This document shows positions 37,297 to 47,380 of a stretch of 64,000 nucleotides of DNA, piece after piece. Position 1 is the stretch's first letter; every line of letters starts with the position of its first letter. The stretch is taken from positions 355-64,354 of the forward strand of contig CAZFKS010000006.1 in assembly GCA_964519725.1 (NCBI GenBank). The letters run 5' to 3'. The notes under the pieces were generated by a model, which made no database searches, was not told the DNA's origin, and saw nothing but the letters and a program-made list of their open reading frames with translations. This DNA comes from an uncultured Gammaproteobacteria bacterium (lineage in GTDB: Bacteria > Patescibacteriota > Patescibacteriia > Magasanikbacterales > UBA922). The position numbers and the translations under genes are program-made.

Positions 37297-38019
37297 ATGC
37301 GTCTTTCTGTAGTAATTCCAGCGTATAATGAAGAACAGGCAATTGGCGCGGCCATTACTGCGGTCTTTGATTTTTTGACTAATAATAATTTTGGCGAACC
37401 AGAAGTAATTGTGGTTGATGATGGGTCAAGCGATCAAACTGGAGCAGTAGTAGCGGACTATCAAAAAAAATACTCGGCTCTTAAATATGTGAAAAATACT
37501 CCCAATCGGGGCAAGGGTTTTTCGGTAAAACAGGGTGTGCTCGCTGCGACCGGGGATTACATTCTATTTTTAGACGCTGATTTATCTACCCCAATTACTG
37601 AATTAAAAAAAGTTTGGCCTTTTGCTCAGGAAAAAACAATTGTAGTTGGGTCGCGAGCCTTGCCAGAATCAGTGATTGTTAAACATCAGGCTAAACTTAA
37701 AGAGTTGGTGGCCCGTTTGGGAAATTTACTGATTCAACTGTGTTTGGGGTTGCGGATTAGTGACACTCAGTGTGGTTTTAAATTGTTTCCGGCTAGTATT
37801 AAGTCAGTTTTTACCGTGGCAACGATTGAACGCTGGGGCTTTGATATGGAGATTTTATTTTTAGCCAAACATCAGGGGTTTACCATTAAAGAAGTGCCCA
37901 TTACCTGGACTAATGATCCGAGTAGTTTGGTTCGAGGTAAGGATTATTTGGTGGTACTCGCGGATATTGGGCGCATATTGACACGGTGGTTTTTGGGCCG
38001 ATATACTGCTGGACGCTAA
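37297..38019 (+). CDS. Glycosyltransferase family 2 (polyprenyl-phosphate glucosyltransferase-like)
   Basis: IPAYNEE, VDDGS, NRGKG, DADLSTP, DTQCGFK. Confidence 0.93.
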   Translation: MRLSVVIPAYNEEQAIGAAITAVFDFLTNNNFGEPEVIVVDDGSSDQTGAVVADYQKKYSALKYVKNTPNRGKGFSVKQGVLAATGDYILFLDADLSTPITELKKVWPFAQEKTIVVGSRALPESVIVKHQAKLKELVARLGNLLIQLCLGLRISDTQCGFKLFPASIKSVFTVATIERWGFDMEILFLAKHQGFTIKEVPITWTNDPSSLVRGKDYLVVLADIGRILTRWFLGRYTAGR

Positions 38020-38021
38020 CT

Positions 38022-38747
38022 ATGGAGAAAATTTCCTACTACATTATTAATGAAGTTGAGGCCAAACACTGGTGGTTTAGGGTCAGACGCGAGCTCCTAC
38101 AGGCCGTATTTAATGAATATTTGCCGGCCGGGTCACAGCGCCGAATTTTAGATATTGGGTGTGGTACTGGTTTAAGTTCTAAATTACTTGAGCAATTTGG
38201 GACAGTTTTTTCAGTTGATCCGTCCTTGGATGCGCTGCGATTTTGCCGTGAAAATGGGCTTAAAAATGTATTTGAAGGAGTGGCTGACAAACTCCCTTTT
38301 CCTGATAATTATTTTGACGCGGCCATTGCTCTTGATGTACTAGAACATATTGAAGACGCTGGCAAAGCCGTGGCGGAAATTAGACGCGTTTTAAAACCAG
38401 GCGGAATTTTTGTTAGTTATGTGCCGGCATTTATGTTTTTATGGGGACATAATGATGTGGTTAGAATGCACCACCGCCGTTATACGAAAAAAACTTTTTT
38501 ACCATTATTTAAAAAAGATTGGTGGGTACAGAAAAAATTGTCCTACTTTAATTTAATTTTATTAGGACCAATTTGGCTAGGGCGAAAACTAAGAGAACTA
38601 ATTTACACGGTTCCGCCTGATGAACTAGAACAGGTGGGTTGGGCTGATCGATTTTTGTACTGGATTTTTAAGTCTGAATTGTGGTTTTTAAAGCGCTGGA
38701 ATTTACCGTTTGGAGTTTCCTTATTAAGTGTCATGGCTAAAAAATAA
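38022..38747 (+). CDS. Class I SAM-dependent methyltransferase
   Basis: ATG 38022; HWWF, LDIGCGTG, LDVLEH, HHRRY. Confidence 0.9.
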   Translation: MEKISYYIINEVEAKHWWFRVRRELLQAVFNEYLPAGSQRRILDIGCGTGLSSKLLEQFGTVFSVDPSLDALRFCRENGLKNVFEGVADKLPFPDNYFDAAIALDVLEHIEDAGKAVAEIRRVLKPGGIFVSYVPAFMFLWGHNDVVRMHHRRYTKKTFLPLFKKDWWVQKKLSYFNLILLGPIWLGRKLRELIYTVPPDELEQVGWADRFLYWIFKSELWFLKRWNLPFGVSLLSVMAKK

Positions 38748-38748
38748 T

Positions 38749-39426
38749 ATGAGCCACGCTGCTTTTTGTGCCGAGTATGTTCCGGTCCGCGGTCAGGTGC
38801 TTGATGTTGGTGCTGGCCGGGGAAATTGGGTGGTAGAAATGGCTAAAGCCGGATTCACTGTGTCTGGAATTGAGATTAACCCTGATTATGTGCGTGAAGC
38901 CGAAACTAAGGCAAAATTAGCTGGGGTGACTGTTAATTTAGTGACCGGGCCAGCGGAAAAATTACCCTATGCTAATAATTTTTTTGATTTTGCCAATTGC
39001 GCTGAAGTCACTGAGCACGTGAATGACCCAATTCAAATTGGTCAGGAAATTTGTCGGGTCTTGAAAAATAAGGCTTACGCCTACATCAGTTTTCATAACC
39101 GGTATGGTGTTTATGACTACCACTACCACTTGTGGGGGATTAATTGGCTGCCACGTGCTGTGACTGAGCCAATTTTGCGATTACTTGGTAAACAAAAGTC
39201 AGACGGTGAAAATGGGCGGCAAAAATTAACTACCATGCACTACTATCGTTTTGGCGAAGTGCAAAGTTTACTACAACGAATTGGCTTGGTTGCGATTGAT
39301 TTGCGGGTGGTAAAAATTAAAAAACGATTTGGTAAACTAGCGCCCCTAGTTTTACTCGGTTATTACACAATTTTGCGACCCTTGTATTTTAATACTTTTC
39401 ATATCTTAGTCCAGAAAAAGATATGA
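38749..39426 (+). CDS. Class I SAM-dependent methyltransferase
   Basis: ATG 38749; LDVGAGRG, AEKLPY, EVTEHV. Confidence 0.9.
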   Translation: MSHAAFCAEYVPVRGQVLDVGAGRGNWVVEMAKAGFTVSGIEINPDYVREAETKAKLAGVTVNLVTGPAEKLPYANNFFDFANCAEVTEHVNDPIQIGQEICRVLKNKAYAYISFHNRYGVYDYHYHLWGINWLPRAVTEPILRLLGKQKSDGENGRQKLTTMHYYRFGEVQSLLQRIGLVAIDLRVVKIKKRFGKLAPLVLLGYYTILRPLYFNTFHILVQKKI

Positions 39427-40898
39427 TTTTTAATTCCCTGCAATTCTTTCTTTTTTTTCCGGTGGTAACCGGTTTATATTTTTTATTACCTCACCGGGCT
39501 CGATGGGTATTACTACTGGCGGCCAGCTGTGTTTTTTACATGGCCTTTGTACCAAAGTATATTTTGATTTTATTTACTACCATTGTTATTGACTATTTTG
39601 CCGGAATTTTTATTGAAAAAGCGGAAGGTAAAAAACGAAAGTGGTACCTGATTGCTAGTCTGGTTTCGAATGTAGGATTCTTGGCTTTTTTTAAGTACTA
39701 TGGTTTTACGGTTGAAAATCTGAATGCCTTGGCAAATTTTATTGGTTGGAATTACTCTCTGCCGTTGCTCAATATTATTTTGCCAGTCGGTTTGTCGTTC
39801 CATACTTTTCAGGCCATGAGTTATACCATAGAAGTTTACCGTGGTCAGCAAAAAGCAGAGCGGCACTTTGGAATTTATGCTCTGTATGTCATGTTTTATC
39901 CTCAACTCGTGGCTGGTCCAATTGAACGGCCGCAAAATTTATTACATCAATTCTGGGAAAAACATTATGTTAATTTTGATCGAATTAGTTCAGGGCTAAG
40001 GTTAATGCTCTGGGGATTTTTCAAAAAAATTGTCATTGCTGATAATGCGGCGGCTATTGTTAACCGCATTTTTGATTATCCAAATCAATTTTATGGTCCA
40101 GCTTTGGTGGTAGCCATAGTTTTGTTTGCCTTTCAAATTTACTGCGATTTTTCTGGGTATTCTGACGTGGCGATTGGTGCGGCCAGAGTCATGGGCTTTA
40201 GGTTAATGGATAATTTTAACCTGCCGTATAGTTCTCAGTCAGTGGCTGAATTTTGGCGTCGGTGGCATATTTCTTTATCAACTTGGTTTAAAGATTATAT
40301 CTATATTCCACTTGGTGGCAGCCGAGTCACAGCCGGGCGGTTTGCGTTCAATATAATGATAGTTTTTTTGATTAGTGGCCTGTGGCACGGCGCTGCCTGG
40401 ACTTACATTGTTTGGGGTGGACTGCTAGGTGTATATGTCATTGGGTCACGGATAAGTAAACCGTACCGTGAACAATTAGTTAATTGGTTAAAGCTTAGTC
40501 ACTGGCCAAATTTCTACCGTTTAATCAGAATTTTATTTACTTTTTCGATCATTTGTTTGGCCTGGGTATTTTTCCGCGCCAAAACTGTGGCTGATGCTTG
40601 GTACTTGATCACCAATATTTTTAATGGTTGGAATAGATATTTAGTAGGTCCACAGTGGTATGATTGTTTTGAAAATTTAGCCACCACTCTAGGGGTAAGT
40701 ACCTTTAGTTTGGCCCACCTAATCGTAGCTATATTTTTTATGCAGTGGGTTGAAATTAAATTAAAAAGTAAGGGCACACAAACTGGTTTTTCAGCTTATG
40801 CCCCGTGGGTTAGATACAGCTTTTATAATGTACTGATTTTGTGGATTTTATTTTTTGGTTATTTTGGTGAGCGTCCCTTTATTTATTTCCAGTTCTAG
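39423..40898 (+). CDS. MBOAT O-acyltransferase (AlgI/PatA family)
   Basis: LPVGLSFHTFQ, PQLVAGPIER, YCDFSGYSD, FWRRWHISLS, SGLWHGA. Confidence 0.95.
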   Translation: MIFNSLQFFLFFPVVTGLYFLLPHRARWVLLLAASCVFYMAFVPKYILILFTTIVIDYFAGIFIEKAEGKKRKWYLIASLVSNVGFLAFFKYYGFTVENLNALANFIGWNYSLPLLNIILPVGLSFHTFQAMSYTIEVYRGQQKAERHFGIYALYVMFYPQLVAGPIERPQNLLHQFWEKHYVNFDRISSGLRLMLWGFFKKIVIADNAAAIVNRIFDYPNQFYGPALVVAIVLFAFQIYCDFSGYSDVAIGAARVMGFRLMDNFNLPYSSQSVAEFWRRWHISLSTWFKDYIYIPLGGSRVTAGRFAFNIMIVFLISGLWHGAAWTYIVWGGLLGVYVIGSRISKPYREQLVNWLKLSHWPNFYRLIRILFTFSIICLAWVFFRAKTVADAWYLITNIFNGWNRYLVGPQWYDCFENLATTLGVSTFSLAHLIVAIFFMQWVEIKLKSKGTQTGFSAYAPWVRYSFYNVLILWILFFGYFGERPFIYFQF

Positions 40899-40901
40899 AA
40901 T

Positions 40902-42131
40902 ATGAACCAAAAAGCTAACTGGAGTTATAAAATTTGCCAAGTAGGATTAACCACCATGGTTTTAATTGGTTTAATCTTTAGTATTGAATATTTACTAAGA
41001 GTGTCGGCAAATGTTAGAAAAATTGATGATATTCCTTACGTAACTGTTAATGGACTCAGAGTTTTTATTCCTAATCAAGATCGAATTGTAACTGGTGGTG
41101 CCTTTGTTCCCATCCACGTGAAAACCAATTCTGAGGGTTATGCTAGCCCAGAATATGCTGTTCCAAAACCAGCCAATACTAAACGCGTGGTTATTTTGGG
41201 TAACTCATTTACCAGAGGTTTTGAGGTGGATTATGATCAGAAATTTTCTAGCTTAACGGAAAAATACTTGCGTGATTTAAATCCAAACATAAAGTATGAA
41301 GTAATGAATTTTGGGATTGGGGGTTATAGTTTAATTGACCAAATGTTTGTGTATGAGCGCTATGTTAAAAAATACAAACCTGATGTGGTGATTTTGGTAA
41401 CTTATTTACCAATGGATTTTGCTACTACTAAAATTTTTTTACCAGATCAAACCTACTTGCAAAAAACACCAGTTCAGGAATTATCAGGTGAGCGTTTACT
41501 GGCCCAAGAACCGACTTATACCAGTCAGGGCCGGTCAGAGTGGGAAATAACTAAATTTTGTCGGCGAATTCTGGCTGGTGTGACGGAAAAAATTCATCAC
41601 CTAACTTTGACTAGCAGTGGTCAGTTAGGCACCGCAGTTAGTTGGTTGTATGAGCACTGGCTGAGTTTGGGTTTAATTGATGCTCCGGCTGTCCAGGCTG
41701 TGACTGTGAGTGATGGTGAGGAAAATTATTTTAACCCTAATGATCAGGGTCGGGCTGAAATTAGACAATTTACTGCCGAAATGGTTGTAAAACTGGGACA
41801 AGCAGTTAAACAAGATGGGGTAGAGTTTAGAACGGTGGTTATTCCTAGTCACTGGGAGGTTGATGGTAAGTATGCTAAACAGTTTACCGATTCTTTTCCG
41901 AGAGGCTATAACCCAGCCTTACCTACTCAGGGCTTAAAACAAGTGGTAGACGGGGCTTTTCCAGTCCTTGATTTAGCTGAGTCAATTGCACCAGCAATTA
42001 ACCAGGATAAAGTGCAGGTGTTTATCCGGGACACTGGACATTTCACGGCTGCTGGGCATGATTTAGTGGCTAAAACTATCGTGGATTTTCTAAAAAATAG
42101 TCCAATTCTTCAGTTGCCAACTACCCCCTGA
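40902..42131 (+). CDS. SGNH-family protein (AlgJ/PatB-like O-acetyltransferase partner)
   Basis: N-terminal TM, ILGNSF, NFGIGG, DTGHFTAAGH; directly after the MBOAT gene. Confidence 0.75.
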   Translation: MNQKANWSYKICQVGLTTMVLIGLIFSIEYLLRVSANVRKIDDIPYVTVNGLRVFIPNQDRIVTGGAFVPIHVKTNSEGYASPEYAVPKPANTKRVVILGNSFTRGFEVDYDQKFSSLTEKYLRDLNPNIKYEVMNFGIGGYSLIDQMFVYERYVKKYKPDVVILVTYLPMDFATTKIFLPDQTYLQKTPVQELSGERLLAQEPTYTSQGRSEWEITKFCRRILAGVTEKIHHLTLTSSGQLGTAVSWLYEHWLSLGLIDAPAVQAVTVSDGEENYFNPNDQGRAEIRQFTAEMVVKLGQAVKQDGVEFRTVVIPSHWEVDGKYAKQFTDSFPRGYNPALPTQGLKQVVDGAFPVLDLAESIAPAINQDKVQVFIRDTGHFTAAGHDLVAKTIVDFLKNSPILQLPTTP

Positions 42132-42176
42132 TTTGCTATATTCCCTGCAGCAATTTATTAGATTTTTCCTATTCTT

Positions 42177-42914
42177 ATGACCGAAAATCAGCCCAAACCA
42201 GCCTTGTCAGTGGTTATACTGTGCTACCGTGCCGAGGACTTTGCGCCAGTGTTTGTGGGTCAGATGGAAGAAGCTCTAAAAAAAGCTAATCTTGATTATG
42301 AATTAGTGCTCGTGGCTAATTACCAAAAAAATGCCGCGAAACCAGACCGGACACCCCAAATTGTGCGTGATCTAGCCAAGACTAACCCGCGGCTGCTAGT
42401 AGTGGCCAAGGAAAAAGAGGGGATGATGGGTTGGGATATGCGCTCTGGTCTTGAAGCGGCAACGGGTGATGTGATTGGTGTGATTGATGGCGACGGACAA
42501 ATGCCCCCAGCGGATATAATTAAAATTTATGATGTTTTGAAACAGGGGAATTATGATCTGGCCAAAACCTACCGTGTGCAGCGGTTTGATGGTCTATTTC
42601 GGGTGGTTATTTCTAAATTCTACAATGCTTTTTTCAAAATTTTATTTCCCAAAGCCAAAGTTCGGGATGTAAATTCCAAACCAAAAATGTTCACCAGGGC
42701 TGCCCTAGAAAAATTAAAATTAACCTCCAGTGATTGGTTTATTGATGCGGAAATTATGATTCAGGCTGGTGAGTTAGGGTTTAAAATTGGCCAGGCCCCA
42801 ACTGATTTTTACCCAAATGAAAATCGAAAATCATTTGTAAAGTTTAGTGCGATTTTTGAATTCATGGCGAACCTAGTCAAGTACCGAATTAAAATCTGGA
42901 AGCACAAGGTATGA
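42177..42914 (+). CDS. Glycosyltransferase family 2
   Basis: IDGDGQ DxD motif, DVNSKPK, WFIDAE. Confidence 0.88.
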   Translation: MTENQPKPALSVVILCYRAEDFAPVFVGQMEEALKKANLDYELVLVANYQKNAAKPDRTPQIVRDLAKTNPRLLVVAKEKEGMMGWDMRSGLEAATGDVIGVIDGDGQMPPADIIKIYDVLKQGNYDLAKTYRVQRFDGLFRVVISKFYNAFFKILFPKAKVRDVNSKPKMFTRAALEKLKLTSSDWFIDAEIMIQAGELGFKIGQAPTDFYPNENRKSFVKFSAIFEFMANLVKYRIKIWKHKV

Positions 42915-44692
42915 GTAGGTTTACTAGTCTTGTCCAAAAAATACAAGCTCATTGGCTTATCTTAGTGTCAGCACTGGTGTTGACACTAATTATTTTTTAC
43001 CCAGTTTTTGCTCTACCGCAGTATTTAAAGGGTGAGTACCAGGGAATTAATTTTGTTCATTTTGGCAGTGACAGTCATTTTTATTTGACCAGAGCCAAAG
43101 AAGCTCTGGAAGGTAAACCAATGGGGAATCCTTTTTTGCGTGAAGGTAAAACTGAACTTGATCTTTTCTTCATGCATAATGAGCAAATTTTAACCGCACC
43201 CTGGCGTTGGCTTGGACTCAGTGACTCGGTAAACATTGTTCATATTTATAATGCCTACAACTTTATTGGAATTTTTGCTGTTCTAATTCTCATTTATAGC
43301 TTGGCTTTTTTCTTATCAAAAAATAAATTGCAGAGTGCGATCACGGCCATTTCTGTAGTTGGTGGGTATCACTTAGTATATGATAAGGCGTTTTTTTACA
43401 ATGATTTTAATATCTATGGCCGGCCAATGTTTCCGTACATCAGTTCGCTGGTCTTTTTCACCTACTTAAATGTTTTGGTACGCGCACTTAAATATTTAAA
43501 CCAAAAATACTTCTTTGCCCTTAGTTTAGTTTTTGGCGCTATTTTCTACGTTTATTTTTTTGCCTGGACTTTTGCGGTTGCCGTTCATGGTTCTTTATTT
43601 TTACTCTACGCTGCCCAGCGGGACTGGAAGCGGGTTAAGTTTTTGCTAGGCACTGGGGTAATGGGTGTGATCCTGGGTAGTTACCAGTTAATCACCATGG
43701 CTAAGTTCTTCACCTCGCCCTTTGGGGCACAATCTGAATATTTTCACTGGTCAGCTAAAGGCCGAGGTTTAATTTTTAGTAAAATTGGTTTTTTAAGTTT
43801 AATTGTCTTGGTAATTTTACGGTATAAGAAAAAAGAGGATCAGAATTTTATTTTTTTGCTTGGCTTAATTGCGGCTGTGTGGGTGGCGCTCAATCAGCAA
43901 ATTATTACGGGTAAGCTACTTCAAATTGGTCATTATTACTGGTATTTTATTGTGCCGTGTGCCATTATCACAGCCTGGTACGTGGTCTGGCAATTTGTTC
44001 AGAATAAAAAATGGCAGATTGCCATTACCGCGTTTACTTTGGTTGTTGTTGGCGCCCACAGTCTGATTGGGCAACACCAATCTTTTTTAACTACCCTTGA
44101 TCAGCTTCGCTACGAACAGACCTACAAACCAATGCTCGATATTTTAAATCAAGACCAAAACCCAGGAGTAGTTTTAGCGGCAGATGATTACTTGTCTGGT
44201 CTGGTTACTGTTTACACTAACCATGATTTATTTTGGGATCGTTCAGCACTCATGACCTACACTAGCACTGAACGGTTCCGTGATGTGCTCTATTTATTTA
44301 CTTACGTGAATAACGACGCGCGGTTTAATTTTGCCGACTACTATGGTCGGGTAATGGCTGATGGTGCGGCGGAATCATTCTATAAACAACAATATAAAGC
44401 ACTTGAGGGTTTGGCGAGTGGGGTTGATTATTATTCGTACAATGGAAAATTAGCCAAACAGGCCCCTGAATTAATTAGTCAAAGACAAAAGCAATTACCA
44501 GAACTTGCGAGCGAGTACAAAGCCAGGGCCAGTACGCCAGCGCTTAGTCGTGATTTGTTTAAGCAGTACCACATTAATTACATAATTTGGGATAAAAAGA
44601 ATCACCCAGAGTGGGATCTATCTTTTTTGACCAATAAAAAAGAATTGTATTCAACCGAAGCCGTTGTGCTTTACCAAGTAACTCAAATATAA
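42911..44692 (+). CDS. Polytopic membrane protein, possible GT-C
   Basis: DSHFY after TM1, about 12 TM segments, soluble C-terminal domain. Confidence 0.55.
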   Translation: MSRFTSLVQKIQAHWLILVSALVLTLIIFYPVFALPQYLKGEYQGINFVHFGSDSHFYLTRAKEALEGKPMGNPFLREGKTELDLFFMHNEQILTAPWRWLGLSDSVNIVHIYNAYNFIGIFAVLILIYSLAFFLSKNKLQSAITAISVVGGYHLVYDKAFFYNDFNIYGRPMFPYISSLVFFTYLNVLVRALKYLNQKYFFALSLVFGAIFYVYFFAWTFAVAVHGSLFLLYAAQRDWKRVKFLLGTGVMGVILGSYQLITMAKFFTSPFGAQSEYFHWSAKGRGLIFSKIGFLSLIVLVILRYKKKEDQNFIFLLGLIAAVWVALNQQIITGKLLQIGHYYWYFIVPCAIITAWYVVWQFVQNKKWQIAITAFTLVVVGAHSLIGQHQSFLTTLDQLRYEQTYKPMLDILNQDQNPGVVLAADDYLSGLVTVYTNHDLFWDRSALMTYTSTERFRDVLYLFTYVNNDARFNFADYYGRVMADGAAESFYKQQYKALEGLASGVDYYSYNGKLAKQAPELISQRQKQLPELASEYKARASTPALSRDLFKQYHINYIIWDKKNHPEWDLSFLTNKKELYSTEAVVLYQVTQI

Positions 44693-44701
44693 TTATAAAA
44701 T

Positions 44702-45772
44702 ATGTTCGGCTCACAAAAAGTAGCGTTTATAACTGGAATTACTGGGCAAGATGGTTCTTACTTAGCTGACTTTCTGTTAGAAAAAGGTTATCAAGTGCAC
44801 GGTTTAGTGCGACCAGCTAGTACCTTTAATCGGCAACGGATTGAGCATGTGTTTGAAGACGCTAGACGTGAGGCCGGAAAATCACTGGAGTATGATAGTA
44901 AATCTCTCGAAAAAGAAACTGACTTAACTTTGCACTACGGTGATTTAACTGACTCTAGTCGTTTACACCGCTTAATTGAAATGTTAAATCCAGATGAAAT
45001 TTATCACCTGGGCGCGCAAAGCCACGTGGCGATTAGTTTTGATACTCCAGTTTATACCGCTGAAACCACTGGTGTGGCCACTCTTAAACTGTTAGAAGCA
45101 ATTCGTGAAACCCGGATTAAAACCAAATTTTACCAAGCTTCGTCATCAGAAATGTTTGGTAAAGTGCGTGAAATTCCCCAAACTGAACAAACCCCTTTTT
45201 ACCCACGGAGTCCGTACGGTGTGTCAAAAGTTTTTGCGTATTGGGCCGCTGTCAACTACCGCGAGGCCTACAACATGTTTGTTTGTAATGGAATTTTATT
45301 TAATCATGAATCTCCACGCCGCGGTACAAACTTTGTCACGCGCAAAATTAGTAATGGCGTGGCTGAAATTTTAGCCGGCAAACGTGAAAAAATTTATTTG
45401 GGAAATTTAGATGCGAAACGTGACTGGGGCTATGCACCAGAATATGTTGAGGCCATGTGGCTCATGATGCAACAAGATGAAGCTGATGATTATATCATTG
45501 CCACTGGTGAAACCCACAGTGTGAGAGAATTTTGTGAAGCGGCTTTTGCCTTGGCCGGAATTGAGGATTGGGAAAAATACGTTGTGTCTGATAAGCGCTA
45601 CCAGCGTCCCTCTGAGGTTGACTTATTAATTGGAAATCCAGCCAAAGCCAAAGCTAAGCTGGGCTGGGAGCCAAAAGTAAAATTCAAGGAATTGGTAGCG
45701 ATCCTCCTTAAACATGACTGTGAACAGCTTGGTTTAGACGTGACCAAAGTTTTGCCTAATTTGCCACGTTAA
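44702..45772 (+). CDS. gmd: GDP-mannose 4,6-dehydratase
   Basis: [49 protein letters not shown]. Confidence 0.97.
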   Translation: MFGSQKVAFITGITGQDGSYLADFLLEKGYQVHGLVRPASTFNRQRIEHVFEDARREAGKSLEYDSKSLEKETDLTLHYGDLTDSSRLHRLIEMLNPDEIYHLGAQSHVAISFDTPVYTAETTGVATLKLLEAIRETRIKTKFYQASSSEMFGKVREIPQTEQTPFYPRSPYGVSKVFAYWAAVNYREAYNMFVCNGILFNHESPRRGTNFVTRKISNGVAEILAGKREKIYLGNLDAKRDWGYAPEYVEAMWLMMQQDEADDYIIATGETHSVREFCEAAFALAGIEDWEKYVVSDKRYQRPSEVDLLIGNPAKAKAKLGWEPKVKFKELVAILLKHDCEQLGLDVTKVLPNLPR

Positions 45773-46869
45773 GCCCCAAAAAAGTTACGAATTTCCTGGC
45801 AAACGTAATTAATTTCTTCGTCAGTTAAAGTGTAGGCAGACGGTAACCACAGTGATTGTGGTGAAGTTTTGGTACTGGCAGGAAATTGGTCATCACTGGC
45901 TAGGTAGGCTTTTTGGGTGTGAAGTGGGTACCAATATTTGCGTGAATCAATATTTTTTTCCAGTAAATAAGCGACTAATTCATCGCGTTTATCTAGATAC
46001 ACATCAGTCCACTGAGGCACAGCGCCATTCTCTAAATCACAGGGGTAAAAATGTAGGTCAGGAATATCGCGCAAATTTTCTGAGTATAATTTGTAAAAAT
46101 GTCTCATCCGGCTCACGCGTTCGTCCAAGTATTCTAGCTGGCCTAAACCAACCGCGGCTTGGAGATTGGTAAATTTAAAATTGTAACCAACCACATCGTG
46201 CCGGTCATTGCCACCAGTACCGCGAACTGGCCGGCCCTGATCTTTTAATTCTCTGATTTTAACATTTAATTCAGGGTTATCAGTCACTACCACCCCGCCT
46301 TGGCCAGTAGTAATAGTTTTATTAGGTGAAAAAGAAAAACAACCAGCATCACCAAGAGTGCCTAAAAATTTACCTTCATATTTAGACATTAACGCTTCAG
46401 CCGCGTCTTCTACTACAAAGAGTGAGTGTTCTTTGGCAATTTTAATTATCTCTTTTAAATTAGCAGCCCGGCCAGTCACGTGCACTGGCATAATCGCTTT
46501 GGTACGGGGGGTAATTGCTGAGACCATGGCTGGTACACTCATGGTTAGATCGGCTGGGTTGACATCAACTAAAATTGGGGTAGCACCGCACAAACTGACC
46601 GCATTGGCGGTAGCAATAAAGGTCATGTCTGGAACAATTACTTCATCACCTGGACCAACTCCCAGTGCTTTAAGAGCCAAAAATAAAGCTGAAGTGCAGC
46701 TAGTGGCCGTGATCGCGTGTTTTGAACCAACTAGAGCGGCAATTTTATCTTCAAATTCAAAAGCCAGGTTGCCTTCATTAACATAACTACTGTTTAGGAC
46801 ACCAGTGACTAATTCATGTTCTTTGGGACCAATTTTTGGTTCCCACCAGGGAATGCGGCGGTCAATCAT
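45769..46869 (-). CDS. DegT/DnrJ/EryC1/StrS aminotransferase (perosamine synthase-like)
   Basis: [27 protein letters not shown]. Confidence 0.92.
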   Translation of the reverse strand: MIDRRIPWWEPKIGPKEHELVTGVLNSSYVNEGNLAFEFEDKIAALVGSKHAITATSCTSALFLALKALGVGPGDEVIVPDMTFIATANAVSLCGATPILVDVNPADLTMSVPAMVSAITPRTKAIMPVHVTGRAANLKEIIKIAKEHSLFVVEDAAEALMSKYEGKFLGTLGDAGCFSFSPNKTITTGQGGVVVTDNPELNVKIRELKDQGRPVRGTGGNDRHDVVGYNFKFTNLQAAVGLGQLEYLDERVSRMRHFYKLYSENLRDIPDLHFYPCDLENGAVPQWTDVYLDKRDELVAYLLEKNIDSRKYWYPLHTQKAYLASDDQFPASTKTSPQSLWLPSAYTLTDEEINYVCQEIRNFFGA

Positions 46870-46874
46870 ATAAT

Positions 46875-47243
46875 TTAAACTTTAGCTGGAAAAATATCTG
46901 GATTAGTTAAAGAAAAAGCTTTAGTTTTGAGCAAAATAAAATAACCACCTGCAGTAAAGGTAAGCGCGTGGGTTTCGTAAGGCTCAAAAATGATTCCCTG
47001 ATTTGGGGTTAGGTTAAATTTTTTAACCTTAGCGCGCGTAGATTTTACACTGCGCATTGAGCCGCTGACTGAGCCGCTTAGTAAAAAGAACAGCACTCGA
47101 CTTTTCTTGTGATAGTGGTGGCCCATGACCGCCCCTTTGCGCATTTTACCTGAATTTACTGATTGCCAGGGTTCGCCATTGGCACACTCAATAAAAAGTC
47201 CGCGTTGGTCGAGTCTGGTAAAAACCGAAGTGATTTTTTTCAT
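46875..47243 (-). CDS. Cupin (WxcM/FdtA-like sugar isomerase domain)
   Basis: ATG 47243; DQRG, GHHYH, PYETH. Confidence 0.75.
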   Translation of the reverse strand: MKKITSVFTRLDQRGLFIECANGEPWQSVNSGKMRKGAVMGHHYHKKSRVLFFLLSGSVSGSMRSVKSTRAKVKKFNLTPNQGIIFEPYETHALTFTAGGYFILLKTKAFSLTNPDIFPAKV

Positions 47244-47252
47244 ACGGTTTCT

Positions 47253-47281
47253 ATAGTAACCTATCAAGACTAGTCTGACAA
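47253..47281 (-). promoter_or_regulatory. sigma70 promoter for the cupin-aminotransferase pair
   Basis: TTGTCA-17-TACTAT ending 9 nt before the ATG. Confidence 0.5.
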
Positions 47282-47332
47282 GTTTGGGGGTGGGGGAGGG
47301 TGGTTAAATTTTAGCTAAATTTAGCAATAAAC

Positions 47333-47361
47333 TTGACATCAGTAGCTTAAATACCTATACT
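47333..47361 (+). promoter_or_regulatory. sigma70 promoter for the right-hand operon
   Basis: TTGACA-17-TATACT. Confidence 0.8.
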
Positions 47362-47380
47362 AATCTGGAATAAATTTTGT

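Noticed and set aside
40902-42131. GNS instead of GDS in the SGNH motif as a sign of inactivation
   Set aside because: Catalytic Ser and DxxH-like His are retained; variation at this position is unremarkable.
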